DNA of 64,000 nucleotides from positions 2,332 through 66,331 of the forward strand of contig JBDRVQ010000004.1 in the NCBI GenBank assembly GCA_039801905.1, written 5' to 3'. The stretch comes from a candidate division WOR-3 bacterium (GTDB taxonomy: Bacteria; Hydrothermota; Tepidihabitantia; Tepidihabitantales; JBDRVQ01). The stretch's first letter is position 1. Each line of letters opens with the position of its first letter. This document shows, piece after piece, positions 56,307-64,000 of this stretch. The notes below the pieces were generated by a model that searched no databases, was not told the DNA's origin, and saw only the letters and a list, made by a program, of their open reading frames with translations. Both the position numbers and the translations under genes were made by a program.

Positions 56307-57471
56307 CTACGGAATGATAGCCTTTTCTCCTTGTAAGTAATAAATCCCGCTGGGTAATTCTTTTACCGGAATAGAGTTATCACCTTCCTTTAATCTCAAA
56401 TCCTTCACCTTCTTGCCCAATGAGTTATAGAGGGAAATCTTCTTTGCCTTTTGTGGATTCTTTATAAGAAGTGTTTTATCCTTTATCGGGTTTGCGACGA
56501 TTCTTAAATCAACCTTTCCGGTTTCTCTCTTCTGATTATCTTCTATACCCGGGCCATAAAACTGGTAGATTCCTAAACCACTCCCACTCTCAGCAACATA
56601 GGCATAAGAAGAAACATAAACGCCGCAAGCATAGCCTGGTGTCTCATAATAACCAACCTCATGGAGATTTCGGGGGTTTGAAACATCAATCACCCTTAAA
56701 CCAGCACTATAATCGGCAACATAGGCAGAGGGAGAAGAAACATAAACCTCATGAGCCTCGCCTGGTGTATCATAAGAGTCCACCTCGCGGGGATTAGTGG
56801 GGTCGGAAATGTCTATCACCCTTAAACCAGACCTTCCAGCAGCAACATAGGCATGAGGAAAAGAAATGTAAACATCCCAAGCATAGTCCGGTGTATTATG
56901 AGAGCCCACCTCCCGGGGATTAGTTGGATTGGAAATGTCTATCACCCTCAAACCACCCCCAAAGTCGGCAACATAGGCATGAGAAGAACAAACATAAACA
57001 CCACAAGCCCCGCCTGGTGTATCATAATAACCGACTTCCTGCGGATTAGTAGGATTTGAAATATCAATCACCCTTAGACCAGCATAACCATCAGCAACAT
57101 AGGCATAGGAAGAGGAAACATAAACATCAGAAGCCTCACCTGGTGTATCATAGTAGCCGACCTCCTGCGGATTAGTTGGGTTTGAAACATCTATCACCCT
57201 TAAACCAGAATCTCTATCAGCTACATAGGCATAAGGGAAAGAAACATAAACCTTATAAGCCTCGCCTGGTGTTTCATAAGAGCCGACTTCATGGGGATTT
57301 CTTGGGTCGGAGACATCTATCACCCTTAACGCTCCATCGGCAACATAGGCATAGGAAGAAAAAAGATAAACACCATAAGCCAAGCCTGGTGTATCATAAG
57401 AGCCAATTGAACGAACGTTCAATGAGCCACCAAAAGAGAGGGTGAAAATGAATAAAAGGATATTTCTCATA
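56307..57471 (-). CDS. LVIVD-repeat protein with a T9SS CTD
   Basis: About eight repeats of ...YAYVADGYAGLRVIDISNPTNPQEVGYYDTPG.... Signal peptide MRNILLFIFTLSFG after AAGGAGGT. C-terminus ...SGIYYLQGEKAIIP. Confidence 0.6.
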
Positions 57472-57589
57472 ATGACCTCCTTCATTCCATTTATTTTGTA
57501 TAAACAACAAAATCTCAAAAAGCCTGCCTATAATTACTAAATATAATGATAAATTTTATCTTGTCAATAGTGCTTATATTCAATATTTA

Positions 57590-57900
57590 AACCTAAAAAT
57601 TTTTAAGTATTTTTATTAGGAGAGAAATTGGTAGGTGAAGGCGAAAGGGGTGGGGAAGGAATTTCTGAGATGTTTCCCCTCGCTTTTTCCCGCCTTTCTC
57701 TTTTCGTTTCTCTATTCCCTTTTTTCGGGCTTAGTGGCGACCTTTCTTTGGGGATATTTTCTATCCGGAATTTTCCCTTTTTAACCCTTCCTCAAGGTCA
57801 TCGGGAGGGTGGTCGGGGGGATAACCAAAGAAAACCAGTATCTTTCCTGATACAACCTTGTATCGGAGAAGAGACAGGTATGTATCTTGGGCGATACATC
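57590..57900 (-). repeat. Inverted diverged copy (D) of the repeated upstream element, lying 5' of the LVIVD gene
   Basis: The reverse complement carries ccccccgaccaccctccc, cccgaaaaaagggaat and ggaaaaagcgaggggaaacatctcagaaatt, collinear with copy B. A TTGACA-16-TATATT promoter sits between it and the gene. Confidence 0.45.
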
Positions 57901-58103
57901 CGAAAAATTAATCTCCGTCTTGATAGTCAAGGGCAGGAATAACTTTTGGCCGCTTCTTAAGACTTATTAATATAAGACTTATTAAAAAAGAAGAAGATTT
58001 CTCTATTATTTTCTTCACCCACTTAGAAAAGCAAACTTGGCGACCGCGGCATGGGATCCGGAATAAGAACTGGGAGCGGCTCGGGGTAATCGCGATAAAG
58101 AAG

Positions 58104-58759
58104 GTGATAAATACTAAAAAGAAAAACGGACCCTTTTATAAATTTTCCCAACTTTCCTACTCTATATTCTATTTCAAAATTACTAATTTTTTTTACTCCT
58201 TTTTCGGTCTCTATAAAGTAGATACCTTTTTTCAGTTCGTTTTCTTTTATGAGTCTGCCGGTTGCGTCATAGACTTTTGCCTTCTCCAGGGATATTTCTT
58301 ATCCCTTTTGTTATCTCCTTCTCTTCATTTATACCTGTGCCATAAAATTGATAAATTCCTAAACCAAAATCTTCATCAGCAACATAGGTATGAGAACTTG
58401 AAACATAAACACCATGAGCCCAGCCCGGTGTATCATAATAGCCGACCTCTTGTGGATTTTTTGGCTCGGAAACGTCTATCACCCTTAAACCAGCATCTCT
58501 ATCAGCAACATAGGTATAAGGACTTAAAATATAAACACCAGAAGCATAGTCCGGTGTATCATAAGAACCGACTTCCTGCGGATTGGTAGGATTTGAAATA
58601 TCAATCACCCTTAGACCAGCATAACCATCAGCAACATAGGCATAGGGAGAGGAAACATAAACACCATAAGCCAAGCCCGGTGTATTATAAGAGCCAATTA
58701 AACGAACGTTCAATGAGTCACCCAGAGAGAGTGAAAATGAGTAAAAAGATATTTCTCAT
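58104..58759 (-). pseudogene. Frameshifted, shortened paralog of the LVIVD-repeat CTD protein
   Basis: The ATG at 58759 (after GGAGGAGGT) gives MRNIFLLIFTLSG then a stop. A 1-bp difference from the intact paralog (ctctctctgggtga versus ctctcttttggtggc) shifts the frame. The LVIVD repeats resume in another frame (58267-58713). The CTD (KVYDATGRLIKENELKKGIYFIETEKG) lies in a third frame near 58110-58260. Confidence 0.55.
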
Positions 58760-58901
58760 AATGACCTCCTCCTTAAATTTATGTCAATATCTTATCCAAT
58801 TAGGAAACTCTGGGAATAATTACTTGACTTTTTTTTAATTCTTATTATAATATTATAGTCGCCCCCAGAAATAGATTAAGGGGCGAAAAGGAGAAGAGGT
58901 T

Positions 58902-60572
58902 ATGGTTAAATACTTTATTCTATTTTTAAGCCTGAGTGGGCTTATTTTTGCCCAAAATTTAGTCCTCCCCCCATACCGAGAACCAGGAAGGGGGATAACC
59001 TCCGAGAATAAAGAGGTTTCCGAAATCGTCATTCCGGAGATTAAAGAACCGGTCGGCTTCTCCAATTCTCTGGAAGGCTATATCCCAGCACGAGAGGTCC
59101 CTTGTGAAATTGAACCGCAGGTGGAATTTGTTAATCAAGAAGTCCCCTCCATTTTGGATTGGGGAACCGATGTGGCGATTGATACTTCTTATATCGCCAG
59201 TTATGATGTTGACTACGATATGACAACTGGTTATCTCTATGCCGCGGTTGCGCCGATGTTAGACTCTGTGGTTCGGATCTATCGCTCAACGGATAATGGA
59301 AGGCATTGGACTTATATAGGCTGGATGGGACACACCCCAAGAAGTATCTATTGGAATGTGGGTTTGATTGTTGCCCGGGGCGATTCCAATTTCATCTATG
59401 TCTTTATGAAGCATAGTAGAAATAATGGTGAGATCTATCTCTACCGCTGGACATTTGATTTTTCCCAATGGACTCATTATGCGGTTGCTACTGGTGCTGA
59501 TACGATTGATGAGTTTTCTGTTTGTCGGGATTACCGGTCCAACTATGGGTTATATTGTGAATGGCAAAACGAAAACCGCGGTGGCATTAACGCAAGACTC
59601 CATCGCTCCTTTACCTACGGTAGAACCTGGGATTCACAATTGGGTGGGAATGTAATTGATGCTCATATTTCCTTTGGTGCTACTTCCTATTTACTTTTAA
59701 CCTGGACCACCCCCGACCGAAATGGGGTTTACTTTCAAGACAATCGGTCCTACGGAGACCCCCTCTCTTGGCGTAATTTCTATAATGTCTCTTTTGATAC
59801 CTTTAACCATTATCGGCCAAGGGTTGCTTCGGTCCTAACTACTCCGGATAGTCAAGCCACAACCTGGGTTTTGTATGAGTATAACTGGCGCAATACCGGG
59901 GATTACGATGTTTGGTATGCGGTTCGGAGTCATGCTTGGGCGGATACCTGGCGCAGACGATATGGACTTAGTGTACGGTCCACACATGACGAATTCGCTC
60001 CGGATATAAAACACTATAAGTCTCTTAATTATCGTTGGGTCTGTGCTACCTATATGGCAGCGGATTCTGGTTGGGATGATTCGGTAAATGTCTACTGGAC
60101 CTATACCAATAAAGATACCCCTTATGTCTGGACAAGTCACCTTCGGGTCAATGATAGTTTATGGAATGAAGCCGGTTACCTGGGTCCAAAGATTATCTGG
60201 AATCCAACGGCAGCAGGTATTGGTGCGGTTGTCTTCTGCCGTGGTGGCTTCTTCCTATTCCCGCATGGTCTTTATATGGATGCGGTAATCTTCTCTGACA
60301 TCGCGGATAAGAATCTCAATAAGGCAACCGGTCTAAGAATCTCTTCTAATCCGGCAATCGGTCAGGTGAGATTCTATCCCACTTCAGGGACGAAATCGTT
60401 AGAAATCTATGATGCTACGGGCAAAATGATAAAATCCTTTACTAACCCTAAGAGTTCTATCTTGTGGAATGGTAGAGACGAAAGAGGGAAGATGGTCAAT
60501 TCCGGAATCTATATTATCAAGGCGAAGACGGAGCAAGGGGAAAGGAGCGAGAAACTTCTCTTCTTGCGCTAA
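58902..60572 (+). CDS. Secreted hypothetical protein with a T9SS CTD
   Basis: Signal peptide MVKYFILFLSLSGLIFA. C-terminus LRISSNPAIGQVRFYP...LEIYDATGKMI...NSGIYIIKAKTEQGERSEKLLFLR. AAAGGAG lies upstream. Confidence 0.5.
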   Translation: MVKYFILFLSLSGLIFAQNLVLPPYREPGRGITSENKEVSEIVIPEIKEPVGFSNSLEGYIPAREVPCEIEPQVEFVNQEVPSILDWGTDVAIDTSYIASYDVDYDMTTGYLYAAVAPMLDSVVRIYRSTDNGRHWTYIGWMGHTPRSIYWNVGLIVARGDSNFIYVFMKHSRNNGEIYLYRWTFDFSQWTHYAVATGADTIDEFSVCRDYRSNYGLYCEWQNENRGGINARLHRSFTYGRTWDSQLGGNVIDAHISFGATSYLLLTWTTPDRNGVYFQDNRSYGDPLSWRNFYNVSFDTFNHYRPRVASVLTTPDSQATTWVLYEYNWRNTGDYDVWYAVRSHAWADTWRRRYGLSVRSTHDEFAPDIKHYKSLNYRWVCATYMAADSGWDDSVNVYWTYTNKDTPYVWTSHLRVNDSLWNEAGYLGPKIIWNPTAAGIGAVVFCRGGFFLFPHGLYMDAVIFSDIADKNLNKATGLRISSNPAIGQVRFYPTSGTKSLEIYDATGKMIKSFTNPKSSILWNGRDERGKMVNSGIYIIKAKTEQGERSEKLLFLR

Positions 60573-60588
60573 AAGGGAAAATAGGAGA

Positions 60589-60618
60589 GGGGCGGAGTTT
60601 TCTCCGCCCCTTTTTATT
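60589..60618 (+). terminator. Rho-independent terminator
   Basis: GGGGCGGAG-tttt-CTCCGCCCC followed by TTTTTATT. Confidence 0.7.
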
Positions 60619-60626
60619 ATTTGCCT

Positions 60627-61154
60627 ATGGAGAAAAGAATAATAACTGATTTGAAAGAGATAACAAGAATCTTTGTTGCCTTTCCCGCGGTTTTGGTCTC
60701 ATCTTCTTATGAAGGCAAGGATAATATCATCAGTATCGGGATGGTTCACATCTTCTCTTTTAATCCCCCTCTGATTGGCATTGGTGTGGCACCCAGCCGC
60801 TATTCTTATTCTTTAATCAAGAATTCAAAAGAGTTTGTGGTCAATATCCCGAATAGAGATATGGTGGAAGTGGTCAATTTCTGTGGCGAAAAGAGCGGTC
60901 GGGAGATTGATAAGTTCCAGGAGGCGAAACTGACCAAGGAGAAAGGGGAAAAGGTAAATTGTCCATTGATTAAGGAATGTCCGGTCAATTTGGAGTGTCG
61001 GGTGAAGTTTGAGTTGGCAACTGGTGACCATACCTGGTTTATTGGTGAGGTCTTGGCTTGCCATCGGCATCAAGATTACAATAAAGAAGAAAATCTTTTG
61101 TATTGGGGCGGGAGGTATTATTCAATTGGGAAGGTCTTAAAGGAGCGTTATTAA
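60627..61154 (+). CDS. Flavin reductase-like domain protein
   Basis: PF01613-like pattern (VLVSSSYEGKDNIISIGMV...IGIGVAPSRYSYSLIKNSKEFVVNIP...GDHTWFIGEV). Confidence 0.6.
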   Translation: MEKRIITDLKEITRIFVAFPAVLVSSSYEGKDNIISIGMVHIFSFNPPLIGIGVAPSRYSYSLIKNSKEFVVNIPNRDMVEVVNFCGEKSGREIDKFQEAKLTKEKGEKVNCPLIKECPVNLECRVKFELATGDHTWFIGEVLACHRHQDYNKEENLLYWGGRYYSIGKVLKERY

Positions 61155-61203
61155 AAACCCTTGAAAAAAATTCTGTTTTTCTTATATTAACTTTGGAGGA
61201 GAT

Positions 61204-61599
61204 ATGAAAAACTTTGCCGAACTATTCCAGTCCGCGGACTGGAAGAAAGAAAAGCATACGCCGGTGATTGAGATACCGGAGAAGATAAGAAAGGGTGAAG
61301 AGATAAAGGTGACAGTGAGCGTCGGTAAGGAGATTCCCCATCCCAATACGACCGAGCACCATATCAGTTGGCTTGATATCTATTTTCTTCCCGAAGGCGA
61401 GAAGTTTCCTTATCATCTGGGTCGGTTTGAATTCTTGTCTCACGGGGCATCAGTGCAGGGACCGAATACCAGTTCGGTCTATACGAGTCCGGTCGTCAAC
61501 TTCTCCTTTAAGACCGAAAAACCAGGAATCCTTTATGCCCACTCCTACTGCAATATCCACGGTTTATGGGTGAACTCCTTGGAAATTAAGTTAGAGTAA
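61204..61599 (+). CDS. sor: Superoxide reductase (neelaredoxin-type desulfoferrodoxin family)
   Basis: EKHTPVIEI, HPNTTEHHISWLDIY and CNIHGLW are the iron-ligand motifs. GGAGGAG lies upstream. Confidence 0.8.
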   Translation: MKNFAELFQSADWKKEKHTPVIEIPEKIRKGEEIKVTVSVGKEIPHPNTTEHHISWLDIYFLPEGEKFPYHLGRFEFLSHGASVQGPNTSSVYTSPVVNFSFKTEKPGILYAHSYCNIHGLWVNSLEIKLE

Positions 61600-61610
61600 T
61601 GGGAGGGAAT

Positions 61611-62114
61611 ATGAAAAAGATGACCGAAAAGGCATTGCAAGAAGCCTTTGCTGGGGAGTCAATGGCTCATATGAAATATCTCATCTTTGGGGAGGTTGCG
61701 GAAAAAGAAGGATTTCCGAATATCGCGCGCCTCTTTCGGGCGATTGCCTATGCGGAATTGGTTCATGCCCAAAATCATGGCAAAAACTTAGGTTTGATTG
61801 GCAAAACGGTTGAGAACATTGAGAGTGGAATTAGGGGTGAGACTTATGAGATTGAGGAGATGTATCCGGCATTCCAGGCGGTCGCCATTTTGCAAGGAGA
61901 GAAAGAGGCGAATTTAGGAATTCAATATGCCTTAGCCGCCGAAAAGATTCACGCCCAACTCTATAAGGAAGCGAAAGAGAAAGTGGAGAAAGGTCAAGAT
62001 CTCAGTATTGATGAGATTTATATCTGTCCGGTCTGCGGTTATACCCATATCGGTCCGCCACCCGAGAGGTGTCCGGTCTGTAATGTGCCGAAGGAGAAGT
62101 TTAAGAAGTTTTAG
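61611..62114 (+). CDS. rbr: Rubrerythrin
   Basis: The di-iron four-helix ExxH motifs (EAFAGESMAHMKY, YAELVHAQNH, two copies) and a C-terminal rubredoxin-like CPVCGY...CPVCN. Confidence 0.85.
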   Translation: MKKMTEKALQEAFAGESMAHMKYLIFGEVAEKEGFPNIARLFRAIAYAELVHAQNHGKNLGLIGKTVENIESGIRGETYEIEEMYPAFQAVAILQGEKEANLGIQYALAAEKIHAQLYKEAKEKVEKGQDLSIDEIYICPVCGYTHIGPPPERCPVCNVPKEKFKKF

Positions 62115-62126
62115 GAGATAAAAGAG

Positions 62127-62588
62127 ATGAGCACCCTTCTTGGCCGAAAGGCACCGATTTTTACCCTTAAAGACCATAAGGGAGATGATTTCTCTTTGAA
62201 AGACCTTAAAGGGAAAAAAATTCTTCTTTCTTTCCATCCTCTGGCTTGGACGAAGGTCTGTGCGGACCAGATGAAGTCCTTGGAAAAAAATTATGATAAA
62301 TTCTTATCGCTCAATATCGTGCCGGTGGGGATAAATGTTGACCCGCTCCCTTCCAAAAAGGCTTGGGCGAAGGTTTTGGGGATAAAGAAACTCCGGCTCC
62401 TTTCTGACTTTTGGCCCCACGGGGCGGTTGCCAAACGTTACCGAATTTTTCGCCAGGCAGATGGTTTTTCTGAGAGAGCGAATATCCTTATTGACGAAAA
62501 GGGTAAGGTAATCTTCTTTAAGGTTTATCCCATTCCCGAAGTACCGTCGGTAGCGGAGATATTAGATTTTGTCAAAAAAGGGGGATAA
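62127..62588 (+). CDS. Peroxiredoxin (AhpC/TSA-Bcp family)
   Basis: FHPLAWTKVC peroxidatic-Cys motif. 153 aa. Confidence 0.7.
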   Translation: MSTLLGRKAPIFTLKDHKGDDFSLKDLKGKKILLSFHPLAWTKVCADQMKSLEKNYDKFLSLNIVPVGINVDPLPSKKAWAKVLGIKKLRLLSDFWPHGAVAKRYRIFRQADGFSERANILIDEKGKVIFFKVYPIPEVPSVAEILDFVKKGG

Positions 62589-62589
62589 G

Positions 62590-63144
62590 ATGGAAGTGAG
62601 GGAGGCAATAAAAACCCGGCGGGCTTATCGGTCTCTGGACCCAGTAGTGATTAGGGAAGAAATGATTGAGGAACTCATTGAGGCTGTCCGGTTAGCCCCT
62701 TCCTGTTTCAATAATCAGCCCTGGCGATTTGTCTTTGTCACCGAAAAGGCGGTTTTGCAAGAAATTTTTAAGACCCTTTCTAAGGGCAACGAGTGGGCGA
62801 CAAAGGCTTCTTTGGTCATTGCGGTTTTCAGTGAGAAGCAATTGGATTGTGAGATAAAGGGTCGGGAGTATTACCTTTTTGATACCGGAATGGCAACCGC
62901 TTTTTTAATTTTGCAAGCGACGGAATCGGGACTTGTTGCCCACCCCATCGCCGGCTATGACGAGGAGAAGGTGAAGGAAGTGTTAAATATACCCAAAGAG
63001 ATGAAGGTTATCACATTGGTGATTGTGGGTAAGCACTCCGATGAAATTGGGGAACTTCTAACCGATAAGCAGAAGGAGATAGAGAAAGAGAGACCGGAAA
63101 GGCTGCCGAAAGATAAGTTTATTTATTTCAATCGCCTTCCCTAA
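62590..63144 (+). CDS. Nitroreductase-family protein
   Basis: RRAYRSL...APSCFNNQPWRFVFV is the nitroreductase family signature. The ATG at 62590 follows GGGGGATAAG. Confidence 0.65.
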   Translation: MEVREAIKTRRAYRSLDPVVIREEMIEELIEAVRLAPSCFNNQPWRFVFVTEKAVLQEIFKTLSKGNEWATKASLVIAVFSEKQLDCEIKGREYYLFDTGMATAFLILQATESGLVAHPIAGYDEEKVKEVLNIPKEMKVITLVIVGKHSDEIGELLTDKQKEIEKERPERLPKDKFIYFNRLP

Positions 63145-64000
63145 GCGGTTTGCCAACTAAACGCTCATAGGCGGTAAGATATTTCTCCTTGGTCTTTTCT
63201 ACAATCTCTGCGGGCAATTCCGGGGCCGGTGGTTTTTTATCCCAACCGATTTTAATTAGATAGTCCCGAACGAATTGCTTATCAAAACTCGGCGGAGAAG
63301 AACCAATTTGGTAGGTCTCTTTATCCCAGAAACGGGAAGAATCCGGGGTGAAGACTTCGTCAATAAGAATAATCTTTCCGTTATCTTCGCCGAATTCAAA
63401 TTTGGTATCGGCAATGATAATCCCTTTCTCTTCGGCGTAACGTGTCGCCTTTTTGTAAAGACGGAGACTTGTCTCTTTAAGATAGGCGGCATTTCCTTCG
63501 CCAACAATCTTTGCCATTTCCGAGAAGGTGATATTAATATCGTGCCCTTCTTCTGCTTTGGTGGCTGGGGTGAAGATGGGTTCGGGTAGTTTCTCGGCTT
63601 CCTTTAACCCTTTTGGTAATTTTATTCCGGAGATTTCACCTTTCTCTTGATACTCCTGCCAGGCAGAACCGGCAAGATAACCCCGGACCACACATTCCAC
63701 TGGTAATGGCTTTGCCTTCTTCGCCAGGATGCTTCTTCCTCTTAAGATTTCGTAATAGGGCTTTAAGGAAGGGGGGAAGAGTTCAATATCTCCGGTTAGG
63801 AAATGGGAAGGGATAATATCTTTTAAGAAATTGAACCAGAAGATAGAAAGTCCGGTTAAGACTTTGCCCTTTAATGGGATGGGGGTTGGTAGGACATAGT
63901 CAAAGGCGGAGATGCGGTCGGTGGCGATGATCAAGAGTTTATCTTCAAGGTCATAGATATCCCGCACCTTTCCCCTTTTGAAGAGTTTAACTTCGCCTAA
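63128..64000 (-). CDS. purC: Phosphoribosylaminoimidazole-succinocarboxamide synthase (SAICAR synthetase); the N-terminus lies outside the window
   Basis: ...GKVRDIYDLEDKLLIIATDRISAFDYVLPT... is the PurC signature. The frame stays open to position 64000. Confidence 0.85.
   Translation of the reverse strand, partial: LGEVKLFKRGKVRDIYDLEDKLLIIATDRISAFDYVLPTPIPLKGKVLTGLSIFWFNFLKDIIPSHFLTGDIELFPPSLKPYYEILRGRSILAKKAKPLPVECVVRGYLAGSAWQEYQEKGEISGIKLPKGLKEAEKLPEPIFTPATKAEEGHDINITFSEMAKIVGEGNAAYLKETSLRLYKKATRYAEEKGIIIADTKFEFGEDNGKIILIDEVFTPDSSRFWDKETYQIGSSPPSFDKQFVRDYLIKIGWDKKPPAPELPAEIVEKTKEKYLTAYERLVGKPLREGD

Noticed and set aside
57628-57942. 104-aa plus-strand ORF (MVGEGERGGEG...)
   Set aside because: It lies wholly inside the inverted repeated element D. 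Its composition is low-complexity and driven by G- and C-tracts. It has no ribosome-binding site.
57950-57985. Short direct repeat taagacttatta x2 in the AT-rich spacer
   Set aside because: It has only two 12-bp units with no partner structure. It is most simply explained as slippage in AT-rich intergenic DNA.
58104-58589. 161-aa plus-strand ORF rich in His, Gln and Tyr
   Set aside because: It is antisense to the LVIVD pseudogene repeats. The same artefact appears opposite the intact LVIVD gene (56471-56797 and 57176-57445).
1-64000. CRISPR arrays, tRNA and rRNA genes
   Set aside because: No regularly spaced short direct repeats are present. No tRNA-like GTTCRANYC T-loop context was seen in any intergenic region. 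No rRNA-like stretches were found.

Overview
This 64 kb window appears to come from an uncultivated, probably anaerobic bacterium of the FCB-group type. There are no rRNA, tRNA or CRISPR features. Coding density is high. Many secreted proteins end in a type IX secretion C-terminal sorting domain (CTD), and a PorX/PorY-like two-component pair is present. Superoxide reductase, rubrerythrin and peroxiredoxin genes suggest an anaerobic lifestyle.

Gene content, left to right:
- the 3' end of polA;
- a secreted 7-repeat propeller protein with a CTD;
- a TldD/TldE metalloprotease pair;
- a type-IV-pilus/T2SS-like operon: four pseudopilins, a PilM-PilN fusion, PilO, two PilP-like paralogs, the secretin PilQ, and a prepilin peptidase with no canonical start codon;
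- a convergent S8 subtilase with a CTD;
- a second TldD/TldE pair followed by a Lon-like AAA+ protease;
- a 1490-aa Ser/Thr kinase carrying 14 PASTA repeats, one transmembrane helix and a TonB C-terminal domain (an architecture I do not recognise);
- an IS110-family transposase;
- a TolC/MacA/MacB efflux operon;
- tsaC, a long GreA-like factor, an M50 protease, lipB and lpd;
- an operon of CTD cargo proteins, including a transglutaminase-like protein;
- PorX- and PorY-like regulators and a WbaP-like sugar transferase;
- a small island holding a type II restriction-modification pair, an ECF sigma factor, an M15 peptidase and a DUF4065-like protein;
- an SBBP/PKD lipoprotein;
- an LVIVD-repeat CTD protein plus a frameshifted paralog;
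- an oxidative-stress cluster and the 5' part of purC.

The most notable non-coding signal is a ~400-bp element family upstream of secreted-protein and protease genes. Two clear direct copies and two diverged inverted copies carry iterated TCTAATTT/CCAATT boxes and hairpins. Separately, several operons show a TTGACA-N16/17-TAAAAT-N7-ATG layout that implies leaderless transcripts.
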